The notes beneath the pieces are model-generated. The model was not told the origin of the DNA, searched no databases, and was given only the letters and a program-made list of their open reading frames with translations. From positions 1 through 64,000 of the forward strand of contig JAEOTS010000152.1 in assembly GCA_016839745.1 (NCBI GenBank): DNA of 64,000 bases, given 5' to 3'. Origin of the DNA: Promethearchaeota archaeon. GTDB taxonomy: Archaea; Asgardarchaeota; Lokiarchaeia; Sigyniarchaeales; SOKP01. Below are positions 1-10,111 of this stretch, one piece after another (the stretch's first letter is position 1; each line of letters starts with the position of its first letter). Position numbers and translations under genes: made by a program.

Positions 1-311
1 AACGCATTATTATTTTAGGTTTCACACAATATATATAATTTATCGTCTGTCTCTGCTCCCGTTTCTCCCGTGAAAAAAAGGAAAATCAAGGATCTTTATC
101 GGTTTATATGTTTTCAAACAGAGATTGGATTACCTTCTGATTTCTAAACCAGTTTAAGTAAGTAATCTTTGATCTAAAAATTCTGATTATATTGAGTTCT
201 TATAAATTATAAAAATAATACTAAATCTAGTTTTAATTATCAGTTTTATTTCTCAAGATATAATATCTAAAAATCACGACTATTAAATGCAAAGAAGCTC
301 TTTTATTTATT

Positions 312-1148
312 ATGAGGAACGTTGAATTAGGAAAAACAGGGGAAAAAATTCCTATCCTTGGTCAAGGTACGTGGGGAATTAAGAGTAGAAAGGGAAAAGA
401 TTATTATGATTCGTGGAAAAACTCATTAAGGCGGGGAATAGAATTAGGTTTGACACACATAGATACTGCTGAAGTTTATGGGTTTGGCACTTCCGAAAAA
501 GTCGTCGGTGATATAATATCGGAATATAACAGAGATGATTTGTTTATCACAAGCAAGTTATTTCCGATGCATTTGAGCTTTAGAACGATGAAAAAAGCTG
601 CAAGTAAGAGTTTAAAACGCTTAGGCATTACTAACTTCGATTTGTACTTAATACATTGGCCTTTCTCTTTCACCTCTAGGGGAAAACAAATGAAGATATT
701 GGATCATTTAGTAAAAGAGGGGAAAACTAGGTATGTTGGAGTAAGTAATTTCTCAGTGGAACAGTTCAAGGAAGGCTTAAGCCTTCTTAATACCGATTTA
801 GTAACGAATCAATTACACGCTAACATCAGCAAGCAAAAACATGTATCTGAGTCATTACCATACTATCAAGAAAACGGAGTAACATTAACAGCTTATAGCC
901 CTCTCGGTCACAGAGGTTATTCCAATTTAAAAGGAGATTTGAGGGATAAATTAAACAGTATAGCAAAAACACATAATGCAACAATTCAACAGATTGCTAT
1001 AGCATGGCTGATAAATCATAAAAATGTTATTTCGATACCTAAGGCATCTAAAATCGAACATGTGGAAGCTAATGCGAAAGCAGCAGAAATAATCCTAAGT
1101 GAGAACGAGTTAAAACTTATTAAAAACGCAGGAATTTCTCAAGAATAA
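312..1148 (+). CDS. Aldo/keto reductase
   Basis: LGQGTW, IDTAEVYG, ITSK, DLYLIHWP, GVSNFS, AYSPLG and IPKAS motifs of the AKR family. Confidence 0.93.
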   Translation: MRNVELGKTGEKIPILGQGTWGIKSRKGKDYYDSWKNSLRRGIELGLTHIDTAEVYGFGTSEKVVGDIISEYNRDDLFITSKLFPMHLSFRTMKKAASKSLKRLGITNFDLYLIHWPFSFTSRGKQMKILDHLVKEGKTRYVGVSNFSVEQFKEGLSLLNTDLVTNQLHANISKQKHVSESLPYYQENGVTLTAYSPLGHRGYSNLKGDLRDKLNSIAKTHNATIQQIAIAWLINHKNVISIPKASKIEHVEANAKAAEIILSENELKLIKNAGISQE

Positions 1149-1297
1149 AAAAAACAAAACAAAAAATATCTATTTTTTCTACTTTAACCTTGATTATGTA
1201 ATATATAAATATTAATTTCATTTTTAGTTATTTTATCGTATAAATTACTCATTATTCTCGAAAAAGCCGAGATCAAATAAGCGAGAAGCAGACTATC

Positions 1298-1411
1298 ATG
1301 AAGTGGAAATGCGATAAGTGCGGCGATTTTTTTGATCTACATGATATACCTGAAAAATGTCCAAAATGCGGCGCCGAAGATGGCACATTTAGTTTGGTGG
1401 ATGATGAGTGA
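1298..1411 (+). CDS. Small rubredoxin-like zinc/iron-ribbon protein (37 aa), below the ORF-track cutoff
   Basis: Manual translation MKWKCDKCGDFFDLHDIPEKCPKCGAEDGTFSLVDDE*; WxCxxCG...PEKCPxCG pattern. Confidence 0.8.
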   Translation: MKWKCDKCGDFFDLHDIPEKCPKCGAEDGTFSLVDDE

Positions 1412-1442
1412 ATTAAATGGTTAAAAAATAAATGAAAAAAGC

Positions 1443-1770
1443 GACACCTGAGATATATACCCGCCTTTTTGTTCTATTCCTCGTTACCAAGAAATAGGTG
1501 GGGCATCAAACTAAGCGGCCTACCTAAAGCTCGTTCCAAATTCTCATCACTTTCATTTGGCCTTGCACCTTGGTTTTAGCTCGTTCCAACCGTTCCCGAT
1601 TACAATTTCTCTGGCTTAAATCCAAGTCATTAATGTGCGTAAAAGGGCAGTGACGTTTCAGTTGCTAAAATACGGTTTTCACCGTAGTAGTTATCTACTC
1701 CAAGTTTGGAAATGTGAGGCGAGGTTCCTCAGCGAATCAAGTTCGCCGTCAGCCCCATATCTCATGTGTC
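1443..1770 (-). ncRNA. rnpB: Archaeal RNase P RNA
   Basis: GC-richer non-coding island. Its ends pair as P1 (GACACAUGAGAUAU/AUAUCUCAGGUGUC). CR-I GAGGAACCUCGCC pairs with CR-V AACAAAAAGGCGGGUA (P4 with bulged U). CR-II-like GCAACUGAAA, CR-III-like UUGGAAC and GUGCAAG are present. Confidence 0.88.
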
Positions 1771-1833
1771 AAATCTATTAAAGATAAAATGAAATAAATA
1801 TGTGATTGTTTTAGGATTCGGTATTCTACTTAT

Positions 1834-2601
1834 TTATTCCCCACTTAAAGAATAAGTGATTACATCGCAATATTTTTTAAATCCTAATTTTTTGTACACA
1901 TATTGACCCATTGAAGACGCTTGAAGAACGCCATATTTATATCCTAGAATGCGCGCATCTAATAATGCTCTGTCACTCATCGTAAGAGCGAAATTATTGT
2001 TTCTATAATCTGGTAAGGTACTCACTGCGTGAAGACCAGCAATTTCTGGAATTAGATATAGTAATAATGCCGAAACACATTTTTCATTAAATGTCCCTAT
2101 GTAGAACTTTACTTCACTCTGAGAATGTAAATATCCTAACAACTCATTATCTACTTTTATGTGAAACACAGTTGATACGAGATTAGCCCAATTGCTTAAT
2201 TCTTCTTCGTTTTCAACGATCCTAACTTCTAAAGCAGTATTTATACTTGGTGTTATTTTTAACTTTGACAAATCAAGTGCCATCCCTGCTTGGTGGAATG
2301 CATCTGAAAATTCATGATCTAAAAGCGATTTTCCGAGATTCTTAGGCGTAGTTAATGGTCCAACAGTCCAGCCATCTGGTGCTTTTTCCGCTCGAATTAA
2401 TCTTTTAACTTGCTCGATTTCTAGATGTAAATCGGAAGCGTTAAAATTTGCATGAAATATGCAACTTGGCCAATCCGCATTTTTCGCACGTACCCATTTT
2501 AGCTTATCTGTATCCATAAACTCAAAGTTGGGATGTCTTGAGCACTTTAAGTAGAATTCGTCTAAATTTTGTTCGATTGAACTTAAGAGGAATTTCGACA
2601 T
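1834..2601 (-). CDS. GNAT family N-acetyltransferase
   Basis: C-terminal VSTLPDYRNNNFA acetyl-CoA motif, LQASSMG and VYKKLGF. Confidence 0.85.
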   Translation of the reverse strand: MSKFLLSSIEQNLDEFYLKCSRHPNFEFMDTDKLKWVRAKNADWPSCIFHANFNASDLHLEIEQVKRLIRAEKAPDGWTVGPLTTPKNLGKSLLDHEFSDAFHQAGMALDLSKLKITPSINTALEVRIVENEEELSNWANLVSTVFHIKVDNELLGYLHSQSEVKFYIGTFNEKCVSALLLYLIPEIAGLHAVSTLPDYRNNNFALTMSDRALLDARILGYKYGVLQASSMGQYVYKKLGFKKYCDVITYSLSGE

Positions 2602-2658
2602 AGAATAATTAATGTTTGTATGAATTAAAATGTGCTAGATGTTATTTTTTATTATAAA

Positions 2659-3894
2659 TTAATTCGATTCAACAGTTTTTTTTCGTAGTTTTTCGTAAGA
2701 ATAAAGGTAGGAATACCTTCTTAAGTCAAAATATAAGATTATAAATAGCACAATACCTAAAATGACTGCCAAATAACCTATAAGTTCGTATTGGTTTAAA
2801 AAAATCGCGCCTATAGTTAATCCTCCTATTTCTATGAACCCCGTTGCTACTAGTGGTGAAATAATTTGTGCGATTGACTGAATATTTGTTGTCATTCCGC
2901 TAACTACACCTTGTTTGTCGACGTCCACTGCTTTAGTAATATTGCTCTGGATTAAAGAAGGTAAAAACGCCATGCAGAATACGAACGATGGGAGGATAAC
3001 AAAAATCATCCACAATTCCGTCAAAAATGGGAATGCTGCGAAATTTAGTATAAGGAGAATTGAAGCAATTAATAGAACTCTCTTTTCTCCAACTTTCTTA
3101 AATAGAGGCTTCATAAGAAATCCCCCGTATATCATAATTGTTACACCAGCGAGGGTCATAACTAAGCCAATTATGAATGTCGGAGCTCCATACCTTTCAA
3201 AAAGAATTAACGACAAACTCGAATTAAACATAACCGTAATGGAGAATAATAGGAAAACTTGAAGAAAACGTACAACAATTTCTCCTGTGAAAGTCCTCCT
3301 TTTTTCATCGGAAGATAATTCTTTGGTTTTTTTTCGGTGTTTAATATCTGAAATACGATCTTTAGGCATACTCTCTATTAGCACTCTTAATGTTAAAATC
3401 ATAGTAATTATGGATAGAACTACTGCAACTAGAGAAGGGAATCTCCAATTGATTCCTCCTAATACTCCTCCGATAATAGGTCCAAAAATCATCCCTCCAG
3501 TATGTCCAATCATTAATTTACCCATTTGAGAAGCTCGAGTTGCGGGTGTAGTGATATCAGATATGTAAGCACGTATAACGGGTATTTGTCCTCCAAATAC
3601 GCCGTCTAAAATTCGTGCGAAAAGAATCACAGGAATGTTCGGAGACAGAGCTAAAATTAAAAAGGAAACTCCAGTTCCAGCTTGAGAAATTAGAAGTATA
3701 GGTTTACGACCATATTTATCGCTTAATTTACCCCAAATCGGACCAAAAACGAAAGCACTCAAAGCGTTTGAAGAGACTAGAATTCCCACAAATAACGCAG
3801 ATGACCCCAATTCAGTAACAATAACGGGAAGAAGTGGTAATACCATGCTGTAACCGAAAACATCTATAAGAATGCTTAGAATTATAGTAAACAT
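2659..3894 (-). CDS. MFS transporter (TetA/DHA1-like); may start upstream at an ATT near 3975
   Basis: Motif A GKLSDKYGRKP, ARILDG, GPIIGG and about 12 hydrophobic segments. Confidence 0.92.
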   Translation of the reverse strand: MFTIILSILIDVFGYSMVLPLLPVIVTELGSSALFVGILVSSNALSAFVFGPIWGKLSDKYGRKPILLISQAGTGVSFLILALSPNIPVILFARILDGVFGGQIPVIRAYISDITTPATRASQMGKLMIGHTGGMIFGPIIGGVLGGINWRFPSLVAVVLSIITMILTLRVLIESMPKDRISDIKHRKKTKELSSDEKRRTFTGEIVVRFLQVFLLFSITVMFNSSLSLILFERYGAPTFIIGLVMTLAGVTIMIYGGFLMKPLFKKVGEKRVLLIASILLILNFAAFPFLTELWMIFVILPSFVFCMAFLPSLIQSNITKAVDVDKQGVVSGMTTNIQSIAQIISPLVATGFIEIGGLTIGAIFLNQYELIGYLAVILGIVLFIILYFDLRRYSYLYSYEKLRKKTVESN

Positions 3895-4127
3895 CGCTTT
3901 TCTCGGATCAATAGAGTAAGTTCTCAGATGATCAGCATGCTCTTTTTCATTAAGGAATTTTCTATCAGAAATAATTGAACCCTAATCCAAGATTTAATGG
4001 TTAAATGATAAATTAAATCCTCAATTTTAAAAATATTTATCGAATTTAGGGTCAATAATAATTTTACAGAATGCATTCATAATAAAAAAAGAAAAAAGTA
4101 TATGAAAATTTTAACTTACAGCTTGTA

Positions 4128-6230
4128 TTAGAATGTTATTAAACCAGCTCCGTGATTAAATAGCAACAATAAGCCCATAAAAATTGATGCTGTTAAACTC
4201 ATTACAACTAACAATGTATTGATGCTTGGACCTGCAGTATCCTTGAAAGGATCTCCCACCGTATCACCTGTAATTGATGCTTTATGTACATCAGTTCCTT
4301 TACCTCCTAAGTTGCCATCCTCAATCCATTTCTTAGCATTGTCCCATGCTCCCCCACTATTGCTCATAAACACTGCAAATACGAATCCCGATAAGATAGC
4401 TCCTGCTAGAAATGCCCCTAAAGCCGCTACACCAAAAATCATACCGATAGCTATAGGAACTGTTATAGAGATTATACTCGGTAATATTAATTCTCGTAAT
4501 GAGCCTTTTGTTGCTATATCAATTGTCTTCTTGAAATCAGCGGGTTCTTCACCAGTTAGAATTTTTGGGTTTTCTTCAAATTGTCTTCGTATCTCATCAA
4601 CCATTTTTGCTGCATTCCTTTGAACTGCTAGAACCAACAGCGCCGAAAAAAGAGCAGGTACAACAACACCAACGAAAGCTCCAATAAGCACTTCGATTCT
4701 TAATAAATCTACCATTGAAATTCCTGATTCTTCAGCAAAAGAGAATAATAAGGCAAATACAGTCAGGTTAGCGGCTCCAATTGCGAATCCTTTAGTGATA
4801 GCTTTAGCTGTATTTCCCGCAGAATCTAAATGATCTGCAGTTCGGATCACATCGTCTCCCAATTCGCCTTGTTCAGCGATTGCACGAGCATTATCAACGA
4901 TAGGTCCATATGCGTCATTAGATACTATTGTACCAACAATAGCTAACATTCCTACTGCTGCCATTGCAACTCCAAATACTCCAGCAAGAAGATAGGATAC
5001 TGCCATTGCTAAGATAATTCCAAGAGTTGGAGGAACTACACTGAGGAGTCCATATGAAAAACCACTTAAAATAACTACAGCATGACCCTCTTTTGCTGCG
5101 TTTGCAATGTTTCTAGTCGGTTTTTTATCGTCTCGGGTAAAATAATCGCTTGTAAAGCCCATAACAATACCAGATGCGAGACCAATTAAAACTGCAAAAT
5201 AAATCCTCCATAATAATAGAGATCCTTCAGAATTCAAATCAAGGGTTAGAATCCAGGTAAATAGAGCGGCAATTCCAGCAAAGATTAGTGTTGCATAATA
5301 GGTTCCATTATTCAGAGCTTTTCCGGGATCTTCTGCTTTTCGATACTTAATGATAAAAATTCCTATGAGTGAAGCGATTAATCCAACTCCGCATAAAACA
5401 ACGGGAGCAACTACAAGAGTAGCTCGTAATGTAGAATCTATGGTTATATCTATGTTAATAATTAATGCTAATGAGGCTGCGAGCATCATTGCGGCAACGA
5501 TGGATGCTACATATGAATCAAACAAATCAGAACCCATCCCCGCGATATCACCGACGTTATCTCCAACATTATCAGCAATAGTTGCGGGATTTCTCGGATC
5601 GTCTTCGGGTAAATCGTATTCTGCTTTTCCTACGAGATCAGCTCCCACATCTGCAGTTTTGGTAAAGATGCCACCGCCACATTTCATAAATAGTGCGATG
5701 CTGCTTGCTCCAAAACTAAATCCAAGAACTATCAAGGGTGTCTCAAATATAAAATACAATACTGAAACTCCGATGAGGGCAACACCTACAACAGCTAATC
5801 CCATTACTGAACCTCCGAAAAACGCGACATTGAATCCCGCTTTTGTGCCTACTGTACAAGCCTGAGCAGCTCGAGTATTGGCTTTCACACCAACATATAA
5901 GCCTAGATATCCAGCGAGCATTGATCCCACAGACCCGATAATGTAAGCTAGAGCTTGTTCCCAATTAAACCATACAGTATATCGTTCGCTAGGTGCTAAC
6001 GGAGAAGGTAATAAGAAGAGTATTACTAAAAATAAAGCTCCAACAAAAATGGATAAAACCATGTATTGTACCTTGATGTATGCTTTTGCACCATCTTCTA
6101 TATATCCAGCAACTGTAACCATTTTTTCATTTCCAGGATCCTCTTTCAATACTAAATGTCTAAAATAAACCGCCATTCCAATAGAAATAAGCCCTGCGAG
6201 AAAAGATACTAATAAAAACGCTACTGCCAT
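4128..6230 (-). CDS. hppA: Membrane-bound pyrophosphatase (H+-PPase, probably K+-independent)
   Basis: GGGIFTKTADVGADLVGK, DDPRNPATIADNVGDNVGD, GGAWDNAKK and GDTVGDPFKDT motifs; Lys in GNTAKA. Confidence 0.96.
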   Translation of the reverse strand: MAVAFLLVSFLAGLISIGMAVYFRHLVLKEDPGNEKMVTVAGYIEDGAKAYIKVQYMVLSIFVGALFLVILFLLPSPLAPSERYTVWFNWEQALAYIIGSVGSMLAGYLGLYVGVKANTRAAQACTVGTKAGFNVAFFGGSVMGLAVVGVALIGVSVLYFIFETPLIVLGFSFGASSIALFMKCGGGIFTKTADVGADLVGKAEYDLPEDDPRNPATIADNVGDNVGDIAGMGSDLFDSYVASIVAAMMLAASLALIINIDITIDSTLRATLVVAPVVLCGVGLIASLIGIFIIKYRKAEDPGKALNNGTYYATLIFAGIAALFTWILTLDLNSEGSLLLWRIYFAVLIGLASGIVMGFTSDYFTRDDKKPTRNIANAAKEGHAVVILSGFSYGLLSVVPPTLGIILAMAVSYLLAGVFGVAMAAVGMLAIVGTIVSNDAYGPIVDNARAIAEQGELGDDVIRTADHLDSAGNTAKAITKGFAIGAANLTVFALLFSFAEESGISMVDLLRIEVLIGAFVGVVVPALFSALLVLAVQRNAAKMVDEIRRQFEENPKILTGEEPADFKKTIDIATKGSLRELILPSIISITVPIAIGMIFGVAALGAFLAGAILSGFVFAVFMSNSGGAWDNAKKWIEDGNLGGKGTDVHKASITGDTVGDPFKDTAGPSINTLLVVMSLTASIFMGLLLLFNHGAGLITF

Positions 6231-6430
6231 ATTTTATTCACATTAAATTAATTTTTTTATTTAGATTTTTTTAATAATTAAAAAATATATGAATATGTAT
6301 TTGCCGAAATGCTATAAATATTTTTAATTTTACTCTTCCATTTAGTTAATTATTTCATCTTTTTGAAACAATAGGAAGATTTTATAAATAAATTAGGATA
6401 CTTTTATCAAATAAAGGAAAAATGAGCTTC

Positions 6431-6580
6431 TCATTCACGATTTTCATTATTTTTTTTCTTTAAATATTCTGGTGTATGGGTTTGTTCGCATCTCCTCCGT
6501 GATTCCCAGTTTTTCCACATGGTATCGAAGATCTTTTCAACCTCATCCTCCTCTAATTCTTGTTTTTCTTTTTTTTTCAT
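6431..6580 (-). CDS. Small charged hypothetical protein (49 aa)
   Basis: Manual translation MKKKEKQELEEDEVEKIFDTMWKNWESRRRCEQTHTPEYLKKKNNENRE*; ATG is 15 nt after the stop of the upstream same-strand gene. Confidence 0.5.
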   Translation of the reverse strand: MKKKEKQELEEDEVEKIFDTMWKNWESRRRCEQTHTPEYLKKKNNENRE

Positions 6581-6595
6581 GATTGAATTTAGTAA

Positions 6596-7543
6596 TTAAT
6601 TGCTTTGAATACGACCCGAACCTTGATTAGCGATGATGAAATTTTGAGTAACTCTATCAAAATCGTACTGAACAAACATATTTCTACGATGCATCATTGT
6701 TTCTATAAAGAAGAATCTAATAGAAAAAATCCCTTCTTTTCTAATAAAGATGGGGAGAGATGTCCATTTAGAGAAATAATAATGGTTATTATTCAGCTCT
6801 TCTGCCTTTTCGAGAAGAACCCTTTCTTGGTTTGTTAATGTAGCTTTAATTTTTATTATGTCTGTTTTTTTTGAGAAATGAGATTTTTTTTCGATACTTG
6901 ATATTACTTCATCTCCATTAATCTCATATTGGTAAATCTTGAAATAGAAAGGTAATATTCCGGGAAAGTATTTTTGGGTATTATCAAGAGTTCTAGAGAC
7001 TAAAATTTTTGCCATTATTCGGTAGAAGTAATATATTATAAAAAAAGAAGTGTAAATGTTGATATATAATTGAATGTAAAATATTTCTGTAAAGAATCTA
7101 AAAAGAAACCACGGTATGAGAAGGAAAATTATTGAATTCACAAAAGTAAAGAAACTACCAGCCTTTTCTACGTAAAAACTGTGTTCTTTTTTGGAGAGTG
7201 GGAATAAGTAAGGAATCTTCGTAGTTGTAAGTAGATCCATCGATATATGTAAACCATAGAATAATATACCTGTAATCCACAATGAGATAAAGGTTTGATG
7301 CGTTAAACTTGAGAATATTAAGCTTATTATAAATGAAATTATTATGCCAACAATATATGAATGAGAACCTCCGCGATGTTCAAGATATTTTGACTTTATT
7401 ATTCTTTTCAAAGGTGCTAAAAATACATCTAAGTCTGGCATAATCGAGAACAATATAGCAAAGAAGAAAAATTCTAGAGTTACATCTTTTAAAAAAAGTA
7501 GGTACGCTAAAGCTCCGAAAACTAAATGAGTGAAAAAATCCAT
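6596..7543 (-). CDS. Membrane-bound metal-dependent hydrolase (YdjM/DUF457-like)
   Basis: MDxxTH N-terminus, PDLD, HRGGSHS and HISMD motifs, TM segments. Confidence 0.85.
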   Translation of the reverse strand: MDFFTHLVFGALAYLLFLKDVTLEFFFFAILFSIMPDLDVFLAPLKRIIKSKYLEHRGGSHSYIVGIIISFIISLIFSSLTHQTFISLWITGILFYGLHISMDLLTTTKIPYLFPLSKKEHSFYVEKAGSFFTFVNSIIFLLIPWFLFRFFTEIFYIQLYINIYTSFFIIYYFYRIMAKILVSRTLDNTQKYFPGILPFYFKIYQYEINGDEVISSIEKKSHFSKKTDIIKIKATLTNQERVLLEKAEELNNNHYYFSKWTSLPIFIRKEGIFSIRFFFIETMMHRRNMFVQYDFDRVTQNFIIANQGSGRIQSN

Positions 7544-7645
7544 GTTTAAAACAATATAATCTCTTTTATTATTAGATTAATGAAAGAAAAAAAACTTTTC
7601 ACTTAATTTTTAAAAGTTATTCTCTCCCTACTTTTATGTATAATA

Positions 7646-8551
7646 TTATATGTCAAGCGTATTAAACTCATTATTGTTAAATCCCCACGAATCCAATATA
7701 TCATCTGCCTCTGTAATCAATTCCTCGATTAGTTTATGTATAGTTACCAACGTCTTACGATGTCCTATTGCTGTTGAAGGCGCCATAAAATTCTTTATGT
7801 TATATTTGTATATTTTATTGTGAAATGTTTCGTCGAAAATATCCAAATTAAGCCATTTTTTTTTAATTTTTGTTGATACTGGGCACTCGTTAGTGGCCAT
7901 TAAGGCTGTACCTAAACAGACCGCATCAGCTCCCATCGCTAGGGCGCCTAAAAAACCTCTTGCGTCACCAATCCCACCAGCTGCAATTATCGGGATTTTG
8001 AGCATTTTTTTTGCCAAAGTTATATTTACCAGAGTAGTGTTTGTTAATGGATTTTTAAATCCAGTTCCTTCTAAGCCAACTAGTGTAACTCCGTCTGCTC
8101 CCTCTTTTTCTACAGAAATAGCGTGCTTAATTAATACGCATTTATGAAACCATAAACCCCCCGCTTCTTGAACTCTTTTCCCAATGAATGACGCTTTATA
8201 TCCTGAAGTAGTAAAAATGGTGCAATTTTCATTGAGCGCGATATCGACATATTCTAAATACCTTTCTTGAGTTTTTTTACCTTCCCTGCTTTCCTCTAAA
8301 ATATGATGCGGTAACGATAGGTTGATTCCAAAAGGTTTCGTAGTTAATCGTTTCACCTTCTGTATATCTTTCCTGAACTCTTCTGGATTTGGAAAATTCA
8401 ATGCAGCAATAATTCCTAATCCACCCGCATTTGAAAAAGTAGACGCGAACTCCGCCTTACCCCACCCTCCAAAAGCTCCCATAACTAAGGGATATTGAAT
8501 TTTTAACAGTTGAGTAATTTTGGTTGTCCAAATCATTAGGTTATGTTCCAC
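7646..8551 (-). CDS. Nitronate monooxygenase/FabK-like FMN protein
   Basis: SNAGGLG, PFGINL, IIAAGGIGD, MGADAVCLGT. Confidence 0.88.
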   Translation of the reverse strand: MEHNLMIWTTKITQLLKIQYPLVMGAFGGWGKAEFASTFSNAGGLGIIAALNFPNPEEFRKDIQKVKRLTTKPFGINLSLPHHILEESREGKKTQERYLEYVDIALNENCTIFTTSGYKASFIGKRVQEAGGLWFHKCVLIKHAISVEKEGADGVTLVGLEGTGFKNPLTNTTLVNITLAKKMLKIPIIAAGGIGDARGFLGALAMGADAVCLGTALMATNECPVSTKIKKKWLNLDIFDETFHNKIYKYNIKNFMAPSTAIGHRKTLVTIHKLIEELITEADDILDSWGFNNNEFNTLDI

Positions 8552-10076
8552 CTTGTCTTGTTGGAAATCTACTCCGCGTCATCATGTATTCATGAAGTAG
8601 TTTATCTACTAATTCATGTCTTAAATCAATCTCTTTATCCCAAAGATTATTTAATTCTTCCTTATCATTTCTTCTGTTATAAATGTCACCATATCCCGGT
8701 AATTCAGCGAATTTAGAAATTTTATAATCTTCAGTAACGAGGTGAATAACGCGAGTATATAAAGGTCCCTTCGGACCAACTTCTTCATCTTCAGTGATCA
8801 GTAGACAATCACGTAGTTTTGTAGTTGGATCCTCCAAGACAGGCTTCATATTATACCCTTGCATACCTGGAGGTCTGTATCGTTCTTTGATATTTAATAG
8901 TTCGAGAATAGTCTTTGGAATATCAACAGAACTGATTAATGCATCTGAAACTCCCGGATGGGTAACTCCAGGAACATTCCATATTAAGGGTATTTGTAGT
9001 GTGTCGTTAAAAGGAGAAGGCCCTTTTAAACATAGTCCATGCGATCCCATATAGTCTCCGTGGTCTGAGGTAAAAATTACCATGGTATTTTTTGAGAGCC
9101 CTGATTTTTCTAAGGATGCCAAAATTTCACCAATGGCGTTATCAATTAGTGAAACAGCGCCATAATTAAACGCAATAAATCGTTTAACATTTTCTTCGGT
9201 TTCCTCCCTTAATAATCCACCTCTAAATGGTGGATTTTCCATGTGCGTTTTTAGATATGGATGCGTATACAAATTTTCTAAATCGTGGAAATTAGATGGC
9301 AGTTCTATATCATCGGGATTATACATCTCCCTATACTTACCAGGGGGGCTTACAGGGTGATGTGGATCCGGAAAAGAGCAGTGTAAGAAAAACGGCTTAT
9401 CGTTATAATTACCCTCAGAATATTTTTCTAAAAACGATATAGTATTGTTTTTGATATACGTGGTGTTGTATAGTTCTATGGGTATAAAATTATCATTGAA
9501 TAAATTAAATATTGGAATATCTTGTTGAAATTGTTCTCTAACGCTCTTAGCTATTTCTGGAGCTCGTTCCTTAAGCCAATCGTAATAATGACCTAAGCAA
9601 GCAGATGAATGTCCCAATACTAAATCACACTCTTCAAAACCATAATAGGGAATAGGAAAATTCTCGTGAGCTAAATGCTTTCTATTTGGTTTCTCTACGT
9701 TCCAATCATCAAAATTTTCAGCTGATACATCTTTTGGATCGTAAGGCATTACCCATATATTATAATGCATCTTACCCACATTAATCGTATGGTAACCTCT
9801 ATTTACAAGTGTTTGGGTTATTGTTGGCATACCTAGGGGTAAATTTATTCCATTACTACGTACTCCATGAACATTTGGATAATAACCTGTGAGTAGAGTA
9901 GCCCGATTTGGCATGCACATTGGATTAGTACAGAATGCGTTAGAAAAACGTACGCTCTCGCTTGCAAATCTATCCAAGTTGGGAGTTTTAATTACTTTAT
10001 TGCCATAACAACCCATCATATCAGCACGCTGTTGATCCGTTATAATAAATAATATATTCATTTTTTCTTTCGGCAT
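8541..10076 (-). CDS. Formylglycine-type sulfatase
   Basis: NILFIITDQ, CMPNRATLLTG (CxPxR), GKMH, PDPHHP, FTSDHG. Confidence 0.93.
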   Translation of the reverse strand: MPKEKMNILFIITDQQRADMMGCYGNKVIKTPNLDRFASESVRFSNAFCTNPMCMPNRATLLTGYYPNVHGVRSNGINLPLGMPTITQTLVNRGYHTINVGKMHYNIWVMPYDPKDVSAENFDDWNVEKPNRKHLAHENFPIPYYGFEECDLVLGHSSACLGHYYDWLKERAPEIAKSVREQFQQDIPIFNLFNDNFIPIELYNTTYIKNNTISFLEKYSEGNYNDKPFFLHCSFPDPHHPVSPPGKYREMYNPDDIELPSNFHDLENLYTHPYLKTHMENPPFRGGLLREETEENVKRFIAFNYGAVSLIDNAIGEILASLEKSGLSKNTMVIFTSDHGDYMGSHGLCLKGPSPFNDTLQIPLIWNVPGVTHPGVSDALISSVDIPKTILELLNIKERYRPPGMQGYNMKPVLEDPTTKLRDCLLITEDEEVGPKGPLYTRVIHLVTEDYKISKFAELPGYGDIYNRRNDKEELNNLWDKEIDLRHELVDKLLHEYMMTRSRFPTRQGGT

Positions 10077-10111
10077 TATAATTATCTCCTAATTGGTGTC
10101 AAAAAGTAAAC

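Noticed and set aside
1-300. Slightly GC-richer stretch at the window start, and AGATATAATATCT near 256 as a possible dif site
   Set aside because: Stops occur in all frames checked, and the palindrome lacks the 6-nt spacer of dif sites
1528-1589. 12-bp direct repeat AGCTCGTTCCAA with 50-nt period, as a mini-CRISPR
   Set aside because: Only two short copies, inside the RNase P RNA, and no cas genes
2915-5964. Antisense and alternate-frame ORFs in the track (2915, 3287, 4219, 5350, 5743 and similar ones across the window)
   Set aside because: Shadows of well-supported genes, with no motifs
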